Assembly (NCBI RefSeq): GCF_030013205.1
Contig: NZ_CP122648.1
Strand: one strand, 5' to 3'
DNA length: 64,000 nucleotides
Source: Escherichia coli
GTDB lineage: Bacteria; Pseudomonadota; Gammaproteobacteria; Enterobacterales; Enterobacteriaceae
The notes below the pieces were generated by a model. That model was not told the DNA's origin. It saw only the letters and a program-made list of their open reading frames with translations, and made no database searches. Positions 1 to 19,224 of the stretch are shown here, in pieces. The translations under genes and the position numbers were made by a program. Within the stretch, counting starts at the first letter, position 1. Every line of letters begins with the position of its first letter.

Positions 1-34
1 ATTTGCCTGAGCCATCTTTGCGTTTATCTGTCAT
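1..34 (-). CDS. clpX: ClpX ATP-dependent protease ATPase subunit, first ~11 codons only; gene runs off the window start
   Basis: Reverse complement of 1-34 reads ATG ACA GAT AAA CGC AAA GAT GGC TCA GGC AAA = MTDKRKDGSGK, the ClpX N-terminus as I recall it; lies ~125 bp downstream of clpP as in the clpPX operon. Confidence 0.6.
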   Translation of the reverse strand, partial: MTDKRKDGSGK

Positions 35-159
35 GGGTCAAAACCTCTTCTTTGTTCTTTGTGCCGCACACGACGACGCAAATGCCATTCTCAGGCGCAA
101 GCCGCTTACAGCGTTGTGCCGCCCTGGATAAGTATAGCGGCACAGTTGCGCCTCTGGCA

Positions 160-783
160 TCAATTACGATGGGTCAGAATCGAATCGACCAGACCGTATT
201 CCACCGCTTCAGGGGCGGAAAGGAAGCGATCGCGCTCGGTATCACGTTCAATCTGTTCCAATGATTGACCCGTATGAAGCGCCATAAGTTCATTCATGCG
301 CCCTTTAACTTTCAGAATTTCACGGGCATGAATTTCGATATCGGTCGCCTGGCCCTGGTAGCCGCCCAACGGCTGGTGAATCATCACGCGCGAATTCGGC
401 AGGCAGAAACGTTTACCTTTTGCCCCTGCAGTCAGCAAGAAAGCGCCCATCGAAGCCGCCTGGCCCATACAGATGGTGCTGACATCAGGCTTGATAAACT
501 GCATGGTGTCATAGATAGACATCCCGGCAGTGATCACCCCGCCTGGGGAGTTAATGTACAGATAGATATCTTTTTCTGGGTTTTCTGCTTCCAGGAACAG
601 CATCTGCGCCACAATCAGGTTAGCCATATGGTCTTCAACCTGGCCAGTCAGAAAAATGACGCGTTCCTTAAGTAGACGAGAATAGATATCAAAAGAGCGC
701 TCACCACGTGAGGTCTGTTCAATGACCATCGGCACCAGCGCCATATGGGGTGCAAAGTTATCTCGTTCGCCGCTGTATGACAT
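160..783 (-). CDS. clpP: ATP-dependent Clp protease proteolytic subunit
   Basis: 207-aa [48 protein letters not shown]...; recognised as ClpP with propeptide; position upstream of clpX and downstream of tig. Confidence 0.95.
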   Translation of the reverse strand: MSYSGERDNFAPHMALVPMVIEQTSRGERSFDIYSRLLKERVIFLTGQVEDHMANLIVAQMLFLEAENPEKDIYLYINSPGGVITAGMSIYDTMQFIKPDVSTICMGQAASMGAFLLTAGAKGKRFCLPNSRVMIHQPLGGYQGQATDIEIHAREILKVKGRMNELMALHTGQSLEQIERDTERDRFLSAPEAVEYGLVDSILTHRN

Positions 784-1028
784 TTCCGTCTCCTGGATAA
801 AATTGAAAAAACCTGCTGTACCGATTGTAACCTTATGGACGGATTATCAGCTAGTCCCTGTGTTATGGGTACGGCATCACCATATTTCAAGCATAACAAT
901 CTTTTGTTGTTACGCTAACACCGAAAGAGGCTTTTCGCACGGTTCCATGCAAAATTCATGACAAAAAAAAGCCCACCACCTGGCGGTGACGGGCCTTTGT
1001 GCGAATTTAGCGCGTTATGCTGCGTAAA

Positions 1029-2336
<1,308 letters not shown>

Positions 2337-2670
2337 TCAAAAAATCACAGTGCTCGGTCAACTCTTACCCCGCAAGCACAGGTTGTTGGCTTCGCGGAAC
2401 CGGGATGTTCTTATAATCAATCACATTCCCTGTTACCAGAATCATCCCGAAAGCATTCAAATAGGACGCGGCATTATAGCGGCATCACTTTTATGAGTCG
2501 AGAACGGTTATTGCGCGCTGTCGCGTATTTTTTCACAATTCCCGGGCAATTTTCGTCTGAATGCTGGGCAAAAAGCGCAAAATCCAGACAAAACAAAACG
2601 GCCCGCAGGCCGTTTTTCATAAAATCTTTAGCAACATACTGGAAAAGCGCCGACAGTTGCAAATGCGTTT

Positions 2671-2988
2671 TTACGCGATGCTTCCTGCTCCACGACAGGG
2701 AGGAGAGGCAAAGACGGTGTCCTGCAACCCTTCCCACTCCTTAATAGTGTAAGTATGCAGAGCCAGCGCATGAACGGTAGTAGAGAGTTCCTCCGCTAAA
2801 GTACTGTAAATCATTCGATGACGATTCAGAAAACGTTCACCCGTAAAACGATCGCTGACCAGCACAACTTTAAAATGGCTTTCAGAGCCGGCTGGGACAT
2901 TGTGACGATAGCTTTCATCCACTACTTCGAGGAATACGGGTTGGAACGCCGCCCTTAATTTTTCTTCTATCCGCTCACGTATCATCAT
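2671..2988 (-). CDS. bolA: BolA morphogene / transcriptional regulator
   Basis: ORF track gives a 116-aa frame; trimmed to the internal [31 protein letters not shown]... start (105 aa), the BolA N-terminus as I recall it. Confidence 0.85.
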
Positions 2989-3292
2989 GAAATATCTCCT
3001 CCGACAACGCTGAGATGTCATCCATCCCTTTAAATACTAGCCGCTTTTACCGTTTCCATTGCAGCTTAACAACAAATATTTAGGTTTCGTCCTGGTTTTT
3101 CTGTCAAGCGTATGAAGTTTACTGATTTAAAGATTGAAACACAGGCCTCGCATCAGCGTTTCTTTTACCAGGGGCGATTATTTCGTCAACATGATGAATT
3201 TACATGCCTTACCCACTTCCCCTCGCCGTTGGCAATGTTATGATGGCGGGAATTTTTACCAAACACGCTTAAGAGTCTCTGAGAGCCCGAAC

Positions 3293-3871
3293 ATGTTCAA
3301 AAAAATCCTCTTCCCGTTAGTTGCTCTGTTTATGCTTGCAGGATGCGCAAAACCGCCAACAACTATTGAAGTTTCCCCGACGATGACACTGCCACAGCAG
3401 GATCCAAGCCTGATGGGCGTCACCGTAAGCATTAATGGTGCCGATCAGCGTACCGATCAGGCGCTGGCAAAAGTCACCCGCGATAATCAAATCGTTACCC
3501 TGACCGCCTCCCGCGATCTGCGTTTCCTGCTGCAAGAAGTGCTGGAAAAACAGATGACCGCGCGTGGTTACATGGTTGGTCCGAATGGCCCGGTTAATCT
3601 GCAAATCATCGTTAGCCAACTGTATGCTGACGTGTCCCAGGGCAACGTGCGCTACAACATCGCTACTAAAGCGGATATTGCCATCATCGCTACCGCGCAG
3701 AATGGCAACAAAATGACCAAAAACTATCGTGCCAGCTACAACGTTGAAGGTGCGTTCCAGGCCTCCAACAAAAATATCGCCGATGCGGTTAACAGTGTGC
3801 TGACCGATACCATCGCTGATATGTCTCAGGACACCAGCATCCACGAATTTATCAAGCAGAACGCGCATTAA
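3293..3871 (+). CDS. yajG: Lipoprotein YajG
   Basis: Start trimmed to MFKKILFPLVALFMLAGCAKPP (signal peptide with lipobox LAGC); 192 aa; divergent from bolA as in K-12. Confidence 0.85.
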   Translation: MFKKILFPLVALFMLAGCAKPPTTIEVSPTMTLPQQDPSLMGVTVSINGADQRTDQALAKVTRDNQIVTLTASRDLRFLLQEVLEKQMTARGYMVGPNGPVNLQIIVSQLYADVSQGNVRYNIATKADIAIIATAQNGNKMTKNYRASYNVEGAFQASNKNIADAVNSVLTDTIADMSQDTSIHEFIKQNAH

Positions 3872-3914
3872 TTTCTGCCCTCTGGCCCGGTGCAAACCGG
3901 GCCTGTAGACGCCC

Positions 3915-5390
3915 ATGTCCAGTCAATATTTACGTATTTTTCAACAGCCGCGTTCAGCCATATTGCTGATCCTGGGTTTTGCTTCCGGGCTACCGCTCGC
4001 CCTGACGTCCGGCACCTTACAGGCCTGGATGACGGTCGAGAATATCGATCTCAAAACCATTGGTTTCTTCTCTCTGGTAGGCCAGGCTTACGTTTTTAAA
4101 TTCCTCTGGTCACCACTGATGGACCGCTACACGCCCCCATTTTTCGGGCGGCGGCGCGGTTGGCTGCTCGCCACGCAAATTCTGTTATTAGTCGCCATTG
4201 CGGCGATGGGTTTTCTCGAACCAGGCACCCAACTCCGCTGGATGGCGGCACTGGCGGTGGTGATCGCTTTTTGCTCTGCCTCCCAGGATATTGTCTTCGA
4301 TGCGTGGAAAACCGATGTGCTCCCGGCAGAAGAACGTGGTGCGGGCGCGGCAATCAGCGTGCTGGGTTACCGTTTAGGGATGCTGGTTTCCGGCGGCTTA
4401 GCCCTGTGGCTGGCAGATAAATGGCTGGGCTGGCAGGGCATGTACTGGTTGATGGCGGCGCTGTTGATCCCCTGTATTATCGCGACGTTGCTTGCACCAG
4501 AACCAACCGACACCATTCCAGTGCCCAAAACGCTGGAACAAGCGGTTGTTGCACCTCTGCGCGATTTCTTTGGTCGCAATAATGCCTGGCTTATTTTGCT
4601 TCTTATCGTGCTGTATAAGCTGGGCGACGCATTCGCCATGAGCCTGACAACCACGTTTTTGATTCGTGGCGTCGGGTTTGATGCGGGTGAAGTAGGCGTA
4701 GTTAACAAAACGCTTGGCTTACTGGCGACCATTGTTGGCGCATTGTACGGTGGGATTTTGATGCAGCGCCTGTCACTGTTCCGGGCGCTGCTGATTTTCG
4801 GTATTTTACAAGGTGCGTCTAACGCCGGTTACTGGCTGCTGTCGATTACTGATAAGCATCTCTACAGCATGGGCGCAGCCGTCTTTTTCGAAAACCTCTG
4901 TGGCGGGATGGGTACATCAGCCTTTGTCGCGCTGTTAATGACGCTGTGTAATAAGTCATTTTCCGCTACTCAATTTGCCCTGCTCTCAGCGCTTTCTGCT
5001 GTAGGGCGAGTTTATGTCGGCCCCGTGGCGGGTTGGTTTGTTGAAGCACACGGCTGGTCGACATTCTATCTGTTCTCCGTCGCCGCTGCCGTACCAGGGC
5101 TTATTTTGCTGCTGATTTGTCGCCAGACGCTTGAATATACACGAGTAAATGACAACTTTATCTCCCGTACCGAATATCCGGCAGGTTATGCCTTTGCCAT
5201 GTGGACACTGGCGGCGGGCGTCAGCCTGTTGGCCGTGTGGTTACTGCTGTTGACGATGGACGCGCTGGATTTGACGCACTTCTCTTTCCTGCCTGCTCTG
5301 CTGGAAGTCGGGGTTTTAGTCGCCCTTTCTGGCGTCGTGCTTGGTGGTTTACTGGATTATCTGGCGCTACGAAAAACGCATCTGACGTAA
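3915..5390 (+). CDS. ampG: Muropeptide permease AmpG (MFS)
   Basis: 491-aa polytopic membrane ORF MSSQYLRIFQQPRSAILLILGFASGLPLALTSGTLQAWM...; synteny yajG-ampG. Confidence 0.9.
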   Translation: MSSQYLRIFQQPRSAILLILGFASGLPLALTSGTLQAWMTVENIDLKTIGFFSLVGQAYVFKFLWSPLMDRYTPPFFGRRRGWLLATQILLLVAIAAMGFLEPGTQLRWMAALAVVIAFCSASQDIVFDAWKTDVLPAEERGAGAAISVLGYRLGMLVSGGLALWLADKWLGWQGMYWLMAALLIPCIIATLLAPEPTDTIPVPKTLEQAVVAPLRDFFGRNNAWLILLLIVLYKLGDAFAMSLTTTFLIRGVGFDAGEVGVVNKTLGLLATIVGALYGGILMQRLSLFRALLIFGILQGASNAGYWLLSITDKHLYSMGAAVFFENLCGGMGTSAFVALLMTLCNKSFSATQFALLSALSAVGRVYVGPVAGWFVEAHGWSTFYLFSVAAAVPGLILLLICRQTLEYTRVNDNFISRTEYPAGYAFAMWTLAAGVSLLAVWLLLLTMDALDLTHFSFLPALLEVGVLVALSGVVLGGLLDYLALRKTHLT

Positions 5391-6797
<1,407 letters not shown>

Positions 6798-6806
6798 AGG
6801 GGTTGA

Positions 6807-9743
<2,937 letters not shown>

Positions 9744-9754
9744 GAGCGGCGGTT

Positions 9755-10645
9755 ATGATGTTTAAGCAATACCTGCAAGTAACGAAACCAGGCATCATCT
9801 TTGGCAACCTGATCTCGGTGATTGGGGGATTCCTGCTGGCCTCAAAGGGCCGCATTGATTATCCCCTGTTTATCTACACGCTGGTTGGGGTGTCACTGGT
9901 TGTGGCGTCGGGTTGTGTGTTTAACAACTACATCGACAGGGATATCGACAGAAAGATGGAAAGGACGAAGAATCGGGTGCTGGTTAAAGGCCTGATCTCT
10001 CCTGCTGTCTCGCTGGTGTACGCCACCTTGCTGGGTATTGCTGGCTTTATGCTGCTGTGGTTTGGCGCGAATCCGCTGGCCTGCTGGCTGGGGGTGATGG
10101 GCTTTGTGGTTTACGTCGGCGTTTATAGCCTGTACATGAAACGCCACTCAGTCTACGGCACATTGATTGGTTCGCTCTCCGGCGCTGCGCCGCCGGTGAT
10201 CGGCTACTGTGCAGTAACCGGCGAGTTCGATAGTGGCGCAGCGATCCTGCTTGCTATCTTCAGTCTGTGGCAGATGCCTCACTCCTATGCCATCGCCATT
10301 TTCCGCTTTAAGGATTACCAGGCGGCAAACATTCCGGTATTGCCAGTGGTAAAAGGCATTTCGGTGGCGAAGAATCACATCACGCTGTATATCATCGCCT
10401 TTGCCGTTGCCACGCTGATGCTCTCTCTTGGCGGTTACGCTGGGTATAAATATCTGGTAGTCGCCGCGGCGGTTAGCGTCTGGTGGTTAGGTATGGCCCT
10501 GCGCGGTTATAAAGTTGCTGATGACAGAATCTGGGCGCGCAAGCTGTTCGGCTTCTCTATCATCGCCATCACTGCCCTCTCGGTGATGATGTCCGTTGAT
10601 TTTATGGTGCCGGATTCGCATACGCTGCTGGCTGCTGTGTGGTAA
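9755..10645 (+). CDS. cyoE: Heme O synthase (protoheme IX farnesyltransferase)
   Basis: 296-aa membrane [35 protein letters not shown]...; last gene of cyo operon. Confidence 0.9.
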   Translation: MMFKQYLQVTKPGIIFGNLISVIGGFLLASKGRIDYPLFIYTLVGVSLVVASGCVFNNYIDRDIDRKMERTKNRVLVKGLISPAVSLVYATLLGIAGFMLLWFGANPLACWLGVMGFVVYVGVYSLYMKRHSVYGTLIGSLSGAAPPVIGYCAVTGEFDSGAAILLAIFSLWQMPHSYAIAIFRFKDYQAANIPVLPVVKGISVAKNHITLYIIAFAVATLMLSLGGYAGYKYLVVAAAVSVWWLGMALRGYKVADDRIWARKLFGFSIIAITALSVMMSVDFMVPDSHTLLAAVW

Positions 10646-10660
10646 TACAACCTCTCAGTT

Positions 10661-10688
10661 AAAAAGGTGCTACGGCACCTTTTTTCTT
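10661..10688 (+). terminator. Intrinsic terminator after cyoE
   Basis: aaaaaGGTGCtacgGCACCttttttctt: GC stem plus T-tract 15 bp after the cyoE stop. Confidence 0.6.
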
Positions 10689-10793
10689 AGCATTAGAAAC
10701 ATATCCCTCTCGAAATATTTACTAAAAAATCCGTATGTTTACCCCATTCGTTTGCCGCTTTACACTAGTCGCGAATTTAAAACAGAGGTGGTA

Positions 10794-12158
10794 ATGAACG
10801 ATTATAAAATGACGCCAGGTGAGCGGCGCGCGACCTGGGGTTTAGGGACCGTATTCTCGTTGCGCATGCTGGGCATGTTTATGGTTCTGCCGGTTCTGAC
10901 CACATACGGCATGGCTCTGCAAGGTGCCAGCGAAGCATTAATCGGTATTGCCATTGGTATTTATGGTCTGACGCAGGCCGTTTTTCAGATTCCGTTTGGC
11001 CTGCTTTCCGACCGCATTGGTCGCAAACCATTAATTGTCGGTGGGCTGGTGGTATTTGCCGCCGGTAGCGTTATTGCTGCGCTCTCTGACTCCATCTGGG
11101 GAATTATTCTGGGCCGGGCGTTACAAGGCTCTGGAGCGATTGCCGCCGCCGTTATGGCGCTGCTTTCCGATCTCACGCGCGAACAAAACCGCACCAAAGC
11201 GATGGCGTTTATCGGCGTGAGTTTTGGCATTACCTTCGCCATTGCGATGGTGCTTGGTCCGATCATCACTCACAAACTTGGGCTGCACGCGCTGTTCTGG
11301 ATGATCGCTATTCTGGCAACAACCGGCATTGCATTGACCATTTGGGTTGTGCCCAACAGCAGCACGCACGTACTCAATCGTGAGTCCGGGATGGTGAAAG
11401 GCAGTTTCAGTAAAGTGCTGGCGGAACCGCGGCTGCTGAAACTCAACTTTGGCATTATGTGTCTGCATATTTTGCTAATGTCGACGTTTGTTGCCCTGCC
11501 AGGGCAACTGGCTGATGCGGGATTTCCGGCGGCTGAACACTGGAAGGTCTACCTGGCAACGATGTTAATCGCCTTTGGCTCGGTCGTGCCTTTCATTATC
11601 TACGCTGAAGTTAAGCGCAAAATGAAGCAAGTCTTTGTCTTCTGCGTTGGGTTGATCGTGGTTGCGGAAATTGTGTTGTGGAACGCACAAACGCAGTTCT
11701 GGCAACTGGTGGTCGGCGTGCAGCTTTTCTTTGTGGCGTTTAATTTGATGGAAGCCCTCCTGCCCTCACTTATCAGTAAAGAGTCGCCAGCAGGTTACAA
11801 AGGTACGGCGATGGGTGTTTACTCCACCAGCCAGTTTCTTGGCGTGGCGATTGGCGGTTCGCTGGGTGGCTGGATTGACGGCATGTTTGACGGTCAGGGG
11901 GTATTTCTCGCTGGCGCAATGCTGGCCGCAGTGTGGCTGGCAGTCGCCAGCACCATGAAAGAACCGCCGTATGTCAGCAGTTTGCGCATTGAAATCCCGG
12001 CGGACATTGCCGCAAACGAGGCGTTAAAAGTGCGTTTGCTGGAAACCGCGGGCGTCAAAGAAGTGTTGATTGCAGAAGAAGAACATTCAGCTTATGTGAA
12101 AATCGACAGTAAAGTGACGAATCGCTTTGAGGTTGAACAGGCAATTCGTCAGGCATAA
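10794..12158 (+). CDS. yajR: MFS transporter YajR
   Basis: Start trimmed to the ATG at 10794 (MNDYKMTPGERRATWGLGTVFSLRMLGMF...), 454 aa; the ORF-track frame is extended 66 codons upstream. Confidence 0.85.
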   Translation: MNDYKMTPGERRATWGLGTVFSLRMLGMFMVLPVLTTYGMALQGASEALIGIAIGIYGLTQAVFQIPFGLLSDRIGRKPLIVGGLVVFAAGSVIAALSDSIWGIILGRALQGSGAIAAAVMALLSDLTREQNRTKAMAFIGVSFGITFAIAMVLGPIITHKLGLHALFWMIAILATTGIALTIWVVPNSSTHVLNRESGMVKGSFSKVLAEPRLLKLNFGIMCLHILLMSTFVALPGQLADAGFPAAEHWKVYLATMLIAFGSVVPFIIYAEVKRKMKQVFVFCVGLIVVAEIVLWNAQTQFWQLVVGVQLFFVAFNLMEALLPSLISKESPAGYKGTAMGVYSTSQFLGVAIGGSLGGWIDGMFDGQGVFLAGAMLAAVWLAVASTMKEPPYVSSLRIEIPADIAANEALKVRLLETAGVKEVLIAEEEHSAYVKIDSKVTNRFEVEQAIRQA

Positions 12159-12169
12159 AAAACGAGGCG

Positions 12170-12266
12170 AATTGCCTGCTGCGCTACGCTTACCAGGCCT
12201 ACAAAGTTCTTGAGTTACAAATCGTTGTAGGCCGAATTAGCTGTTCATGCTGCATTCGGCATGAAC
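12170..12266. repeat. REP-like palindromic units between yajR and yajQ
   Basis: Inverted units ...cttaccaGGCCTACAAag ... ttGTAGGCCgaattag... and the gttcatgc/gcatgaac stem, typical of REP/BIME-type intergenic palindromes. Confidence 0.4.
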
Positions 12267-12285
12267 AAAACGCACATTGTCGCGA

Positions 12286-12777
12286 TTAATCGCGGAAGTT
12301 TTTGAACTGGAACGGCTGACCCAGATCGCCACCACGTACCATCGCCATGACAGCCTGCAAATCATCACGAGATTTACCCGTTACGCGGATCTCATCACCC
12401 TGAATTTGCGCCTGCACTTTCAGTTTGCTGTCTTTGATCATCTTGACGATTTTCTTCTGGGTCGCACTCTCAATGCCCTGTTTCAGTTTCGCTTCCACAA
12501 ACCAGGTTTTACCGCTATGAACGATATTTTCCGGTACATCCAGCGAACTGCCTTCAATGCCGCGCTTCAGCAGCTTGGCACGCAGAATATCCAGCAACTG
12601 ATTGACCTGGAAATCGGACTCGCTCAACACTTTGATGGTTTTGCTGGCGTCGTTCAGCTCAAATGAGGCTTCAACATTACGGAAGTCAAAACGGGACTCC
12701 ACTTCGCGGCTCGCGTTATCGACCGCGTTACGTGCTTCCTGAAGATCAACTTCAGAGACAATATCGAAAGATGGCAT
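12286..12777 (-). CDS. yajQ: Nucleotide-binding protein YajQ (UPF0234)
   Basis: Trimmed to [34 protein letters not shown]... (163 aa). Confidence 0.85.
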
Positions 12778-12944
12778 CTTTTCCTCTCCCTTCATTTTTG
12801 ATGCGAAGCATAATACCTGCAAAGTTAAATAACCAACAGTCCTGCACCAGGACGTATCCCTTAATTGTGCATAGTCGCAACAGCATGCACAATTAAGGGA
12901 TAGCCTTATTGAACACCCGGAGTGGTTGCGGGTGAGGAGGAACA

Positions 12945-14409
<1,465 letters not shown>

Positions 14410-14462
14410 TGGCGGATGCGGCAAACGTCGCATCTGACCAGATGCGACGTAAAAACCACAAA

Positions 14463-15911
14463 TTACGGGCGATATACCTTCACATTGTTAAAGCCCTGCT
14501 CGCGCAGATAGAGCGCCTGCAGGCGGCTCATCACCCCGCGCTCACACCACAACAGCCAGGTTTTGTTCTGGTCGAGATCGCCAAATTTGGTGCTCAGTTT
14601 ATAGAACGGCAGAGAAACCACATCAATCCCTTCGACTTTCAGCGGCTTATCTTCCTGTTCATCGATAGAACGGATATCGAGGATCACGTCGTTCGGGCCG
14701 AAGCCATTGACGGTTTCCACTTCCACCACTTCCTGCTCGGTCTGCTGGGCGATTTCGCGGATATCAACGTTATTCGCTTCCTCAACCACTTTATCGAGAA
14801 TGCTGAAGTCGAACTTCTCTTCTTCCGCTTCAATCTTCGATTTAACCGCTTTCACCGTCGGGCTTTTGGAGATCACACCGCAATATTCGGGCATCGTGCG
14901 GGCAAAGTCTTCAGTGCCAATCTGGCGAGCCAGGTTGATGATGTGCTCTTTGTCGTAAGAAATCAGCGGACGCAGGATCAGCGTGTCGGAGACGTTATCA
15001 ATCAGGCGCAGGTTAGTCAGCGTCTGGCTGGACACCTGGCCCAGTGCTTCGCCAGTGACCAGCGCCTGAACACCGTAACGTTCAGCCACTTTAGACGCGG
15101 CACGCACCATCATACGTTTAAGGATAACACCCATCTGACCGTCGTCGATTTTCTCGAGAATTTCCCCGACGACAGGTTCGAAATTAATAGCGACAAAACG
15201 CACGCGGTGGGAGCTGCCAAAGCGGTTCCACAGATAATGCGCCACCTGACGCACGCCAATTTCATGCGCCGCGCCGCCAAGGTTAAAGAAGCAGTAATGC
15301 ACACGACATCCGCGACGCATCAACATATAACTGGAAACGCCGGAGTCAAAACCACCGGAAATGAGCGACAGCACATCTTCCTGGGTACCAATCGGGAAAC
15401 CGCCAATACCTTCGTAGCGGCCTTTAATCAGCAGGAGACGATCGTCTTCAACTTCCAGATGGACAGTCACATCCGGATTGGTCAGCTTCACGCGCGCGGA
15501 TTCAATATGCTGATTTAAACCGCCGCCGACGTAACGTTCCACATCAATCGAGCTAAAATCATGTTTGCCACGGCGCTTCACGCGCACGCAGAAGGTTTTG
15601 CCTTCCAGCTGATCGCGATACTGAACCAACGCTTTCTCGAAAATATCGTGCATGTCGGTAAACGGCACGTCTTCGACTTCGAGAATATGGTGGATACCCG
15701 GAATACGGGTCAGGGCGTCGCGAATAGCCAGACGCTGGTTTTCATCTTTTGCGCGAACTTCGATGTTATCCCAGTGGCGGACGACAGCGAGCGTCTCATC
15801 ATAGTGCTTTAAAACGTTACGAATGTTCCCGGTAAGGATTTTTATAAAGCGCAAGCGCACAGATTGGCTTTTGATGGTGATTTCCGGGAACAATTTAATG
15901 ATAAACTTCAT
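14463..15911 (-). CDS. thiI: tRNA 4-thiouridine synthase / thiamine biosynthesis protein ThiI
   Basis: 482-aa [37 protein letters not shown]... with PP-loop SGGFDS and C-terminal rhodanese-like region. Confidence 0.95.
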
Positions 15912-16116
15912 GGCGGCAATGGTTCGTTGGCAAGCCTTAAGCGACTTGTATAGGGAAAAATACAGCAGCCCACACCTGCGGCTGCATCCAGGCGCGGAAG
16001 TATACCACTAACATCGCTTTGCTGCGCACATCACCTTACCATTGCGCGTTATTTGCTATTTGCCCTGAGTCCGTTACCATGACGGGGCGAAAAATATTGA
16101 GAGTCAGACATTCATT

Positions 16117-16359
16117 ATGCCGAAGAAAAATGAGGCGCCCGCCAGCTTTGAAAAGGCGCTGAGCGAGCTGGAACAGATTGTAACCCGTCTGGAAAGTGGC
16201 GACCTGCCGCTGGAAGAGGCGCTGAACGAGTTCGAACGCGGCGTGCAGCTGGCACGTCAGGGGCAGGCCAAATTACAACAAGCCGAACAGCGCGTACAAA
16301 TTCTGCTGTCTGACAATGAAGACGCCTCTCTAACCCCTTTTACACCGGACAATGAGTAA
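16117..16359 (+). CDS. xseB: Exodeoxyribonuclease VII small subunit
   Basis: 80-aa [39 protein letters not shown]... Confidence 0.9.
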
Positions 16360-17258
16360 TGGACTTTCCGCAGCAACTCGAAGCCTGCGTTAAGCAGGCC
16401 AACCAGGCGCTGAGCCGTTTTATCGCCCCACTGCCCTTTCAGAACACTCCCGTGGTCGAAACCATGCAGTATGGCGCATTATTAGGTGGTAAGCGCCTGC
16501 GACCTTTCCTGGTTTATGCCACCGGTCATATGTTCGGCGTTAGCACAAACACGCTGGACGCACCCGCTGCCGCCGTAGAGTGTATCCACGCTTACTCATT
16601 AATTCATGATGATTTACCGGCAATGGATGATGACGATCTGCGTCGCGGTTTGCCAACCTGCCATGTGAAGTTTGGCGAAGCAAACGCGATTCTCGCTGGC
16701 GACGCTTTACAAACGCTGGCGTTCTCGATTCTAAGCGATGCCGATATGCCGGAAGTGTCGGACCGCGACAGAATTTCAATGATTTCTGAACTGGCGAGCG
16801 CCAGCGGTATTGGCGGAATGTGCGGTGGTCAGGCATTAGATTTAGATGCGGAAGGCAAACACGTACCTCTGGACGCACTCGAGCGTATTCATCGTCATAA
16901 AACCGGCGCATTGATTCGCGCCGCCGTTCGCCTTGGTGCATTAAGCGCCGGAGATAAAGGGCGTCGTGCTCTGCCAGTACTCGACAAGTACGCAGAGAGC
17001 ATCGGCCTTGCCTTCCAGGTTCAGGATGACATCCTGGATGTGGTAGGAGATACTGCAACGTTAGGAAAACGCCAGGGTGCCGATCAGCAACTTGGTAAAA
17101 GTACCTACCCTGCACTTCTGGGTCTTGAGCAAGCCCGGAAGAAAGCCCGGGATCTGATCGACGATGCCCGTCAGTCGCTGAAACAACTGGCTGAACAGTC
17201 ACTCGATACCTCGGCACTGGAAGCGCTAGCGGACTACATCATCCAGCGTAATAAATAA
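16359..17258 (+). CDS. ispA: Farnesyl diphosphate synthase
   Basis: 299-aa ORF with prenyltransferase aspartate-rich motifs (LIHDDLPAMDDDDLRRG; FQVQDDILD); start overlaps xseB stop. Confidence 0.95.
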   Translation: MDFPQQLEACVKQANQALSRFIAPLPFQNTPVVETMQYGALLGGKRLRPFLVYATGHMFGVSTNTLDAPAAAVECIHAYSLIHDDLPAMDDDDLRRGLPTCHVKFGEANAILAGDALQTLAFSILSDADMPEVSDRDRISMISELASASGIGGMCGGQALDLDAEGKHVPLDALERIHRHKTGALIRAAVRLGALSAGDKGRRALPVLDKYAESIGLAFQVQDDILDVVGDTATLGKRQGADQQLGKSTYPALLGLEQARKKARDLIDDARQSLKQLAEQSLDTSALEALADYIIQRNK

Positions 17259-17282
17259 ACAATAAGTATTAATAGGCCCCTG

Positions 17283-19145
17283 ATGAGTTTTGATATTGCC
17301 AAATACCCGACCCTGGCACTGGTCGACTCCACCCAGGAGTTACGACTGTTGCCGAAAGAGAGTTTACCGAAACTCTGCGACGAACTGCGCCGCTATTTAC
17401 TCGACAGCGTGAGCCGTTCCAGCGGGCACTTCGCCTCCGGGCTGGGCACGGTCGAACTGACCGTGGCGCTGCACTATGTCTACAACACCCCGTTTGACCA
17501 ATTGATTTGGGATGTGGGGCATCAGGCTTATCCGCATAAAATTTTGACCGGACGCCGCGACAAAATCGGCACCATCCGTCAGAAAGGCGGCCTGCACCCG
17601 TTCCCGTGGCGCGGCGAAAGCGAATATGACGTATTAAGCGTCGGGCATTCATCAACCTCCATCAGTGCCGGAATTGGTATTGCGGTTGCAGCCGAGAAAG
17701 AAGGCAAAAATCGCCGTACCGTCTGTGTCATTGGCGATGGCGCGATTACCGCAGGCATGGCGTTTGAAGCGATGAACCACGCGGGCGATATCCGTCCTGA
17801 TATGCTGGTGGTTCTCAACGACAATGAAATGTCGATTTCCGAAAATGTTGGCGCGCTCAACAACCATCTGGCGCAGCTGCTTTCCGGTAAGCTTTACTCT
17901 TCACTGCGCGAAGGCGGGAAAAAAGTTTTCTCTGGCGTGCCCCCCATTAAAGAGCTGCTCAAACGTACCGAAGAACATATTAAAGGCATGGTAGTGCCTG
18001 GCACATTGTTTGAAGAGCTGGGCTTTAACTACATCGGCCCGGTTGACGGTCACGATGTGCTGGGGCTTATCACCACGCTTAAGAACATGCGCGACCTGAA
18101 AGGCCCGCAGTTCCTGCATATCATGACCAAAAAAGGTCGTGGTTATGAACCGGCAGAAAAAGACCCAATCACTTTCCACGCCGTGCCTAAATTTGATCCC
18201 TCCAGCGGTTGTCTGCCGAAAAGTAGCGGCGGTTTACCAAGCTATTCAAAAATCTTTGGCGACTGGTTGTGCGAAACGGCAGCGAAAGATAACAAGCTGA
18301 TGGCGATTACTCCGGCGATGCGTGAAGGTTCCGGCATGGTCGAGTTTTCTCGTAAATTCCCGGATCGCTACTTCGACGTGGCAATTGCCGAGCAACACGC
18401 AGTGACCTTTGCCGCCGGTCTGGCGATTGGTGGGTACAAACCCATTGTCGCGATCTACTCCACCTTCCTGCAACGCGCCTATGATCAGGTGCTGCATGAC
18501 GTGGCAATTCAAAAGCTTCCGGTCCTGTTCGCCATCGACCGCGCGGGCATTGTTGGTGCTGACGGTCAAACCCACCAGGGCGCTTTTGATCTCTCTTACC
18601 TGCGCTGCATACCGGAAATGGTCATTATGACCCCGAGCGATGAAAACGAATGTCGCCAGATGCTCTATACCGGCTATCACTATAACGATGGCCCGTCAGC
18701 GGTGCGCTACCCGCGTGGCAACGCGGTTGGCGTGGAACTGACGCCGCTGGAAAAACTGCCAATTGGCAAAGGCATTGTGAAGCGTCGTGGCGAGAAACTG
18801 GCGATCCTTAACTTTGGTACGCTGATGCCAGAAGCGGCGAAAGTCGCTGAATCGCTGAACGCTACGCTGGTCGATATGCGTTTTGTGAAACCGCTTGATG
18901 AAGCGTTAGTTCTGGAAATGGCCGCCAGCCATGAAGCGCTGGTCACCGTAGAAGAAAACGCCATTATGGGCGGCGCAGGCAGCGGCGTGAACGAAGTGCT
19001 GATGGCCCATCGTAAACCAGTACCCGTGCTGAACATTGGCCTGCCTGACTTCTTTATTCCACAAGGAACGCAGGAAGAAATGCGCGCCGAACTCGGCCTC
19101 GATGCCGCCGGTATGGAAGCCAAAATCAAGGCCTGGCTGGCATAA
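17283..19145 (+). CDS. dxs: 1-deoxy-D-xylulose-5-phosphate synthase
   Basis: 620-aa [43 protein letters not shown]...; TPP-binding [18 protein letters not shown]. Confidence 0.95.
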   Translation: MSFDIAKYPTLALVDSTQELRLLPKESLPKLCDELRRYLLDSVSRSSGHFASGLGTVELTVALHYVYNTPFDQLIWDVGHQAYPHKILTGRRDKIGTIRQKGGLHPFPWRGESEYDVLSVGHSSTSISAGIGIAVAAEKEGKNRRTVCVIGDGAITAGMAFEAMNHAGDIRPDMLVVLNDNEMSISENVGALNNHLAQLLSGKLYSSLREGGKKVFSGVPPIKELLKRTEEHIKGMVVPGTLFEELGFNYIGPVDGHDVLGLITTLKNMRDLKGPQFLHIMTKKGRGYEPAEKDPITFHAVPKFDPSSGCLPKSSGGLPSYSKIFGDWLCETAAKDNKLMAITPAMREGSGMVEFSRKFPDRYFDVAIAEQHAVTFAAGLAIGGYKPIVAIYSTFLQRAYDQVLHDVAIQKLPVLFAIDRAGIVGADGQTHQGAFDLSYLRCIPEMVIMTPSDENECRQMLYTGYHYNDGPSAVRYPRGNAVGVELTPLEKLPIGKGIVKRRGEKLAILNFGTLMPEAAKVAESLNATLVDMRFVKPLDEALVLEMAASHEALVTVEENAIMGGAGSGVNEVLMAHRKPVPVLNIGLPDFFIPQGTQEEMRAELGLDAAGMEAKIKAWLA

Positions 19146-19224
19146 TCCCTACTCTACTCCTGCTATGCTTAACAAATTATTCATAGACTCTAAATAATTC
19201 GAGTTGCAGGAAGGCGGCAAACGA

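Noticed and set aside
3134-3292. N-terminal extension of the yajG frame, and similar upstream extensions for yajR, cyoD, ribH, tsx, yajI, secF, sbcD, araJ, mak, rdgC, proC, yaiI, psiF, phoA and acpH
   Set aside because: The ORF-track frames begin at the first in-frame Met after a stop; recognised protein N-termini (signal peptides, conserved starts, RBS positions) begin further downstream, so starts were trimmed.
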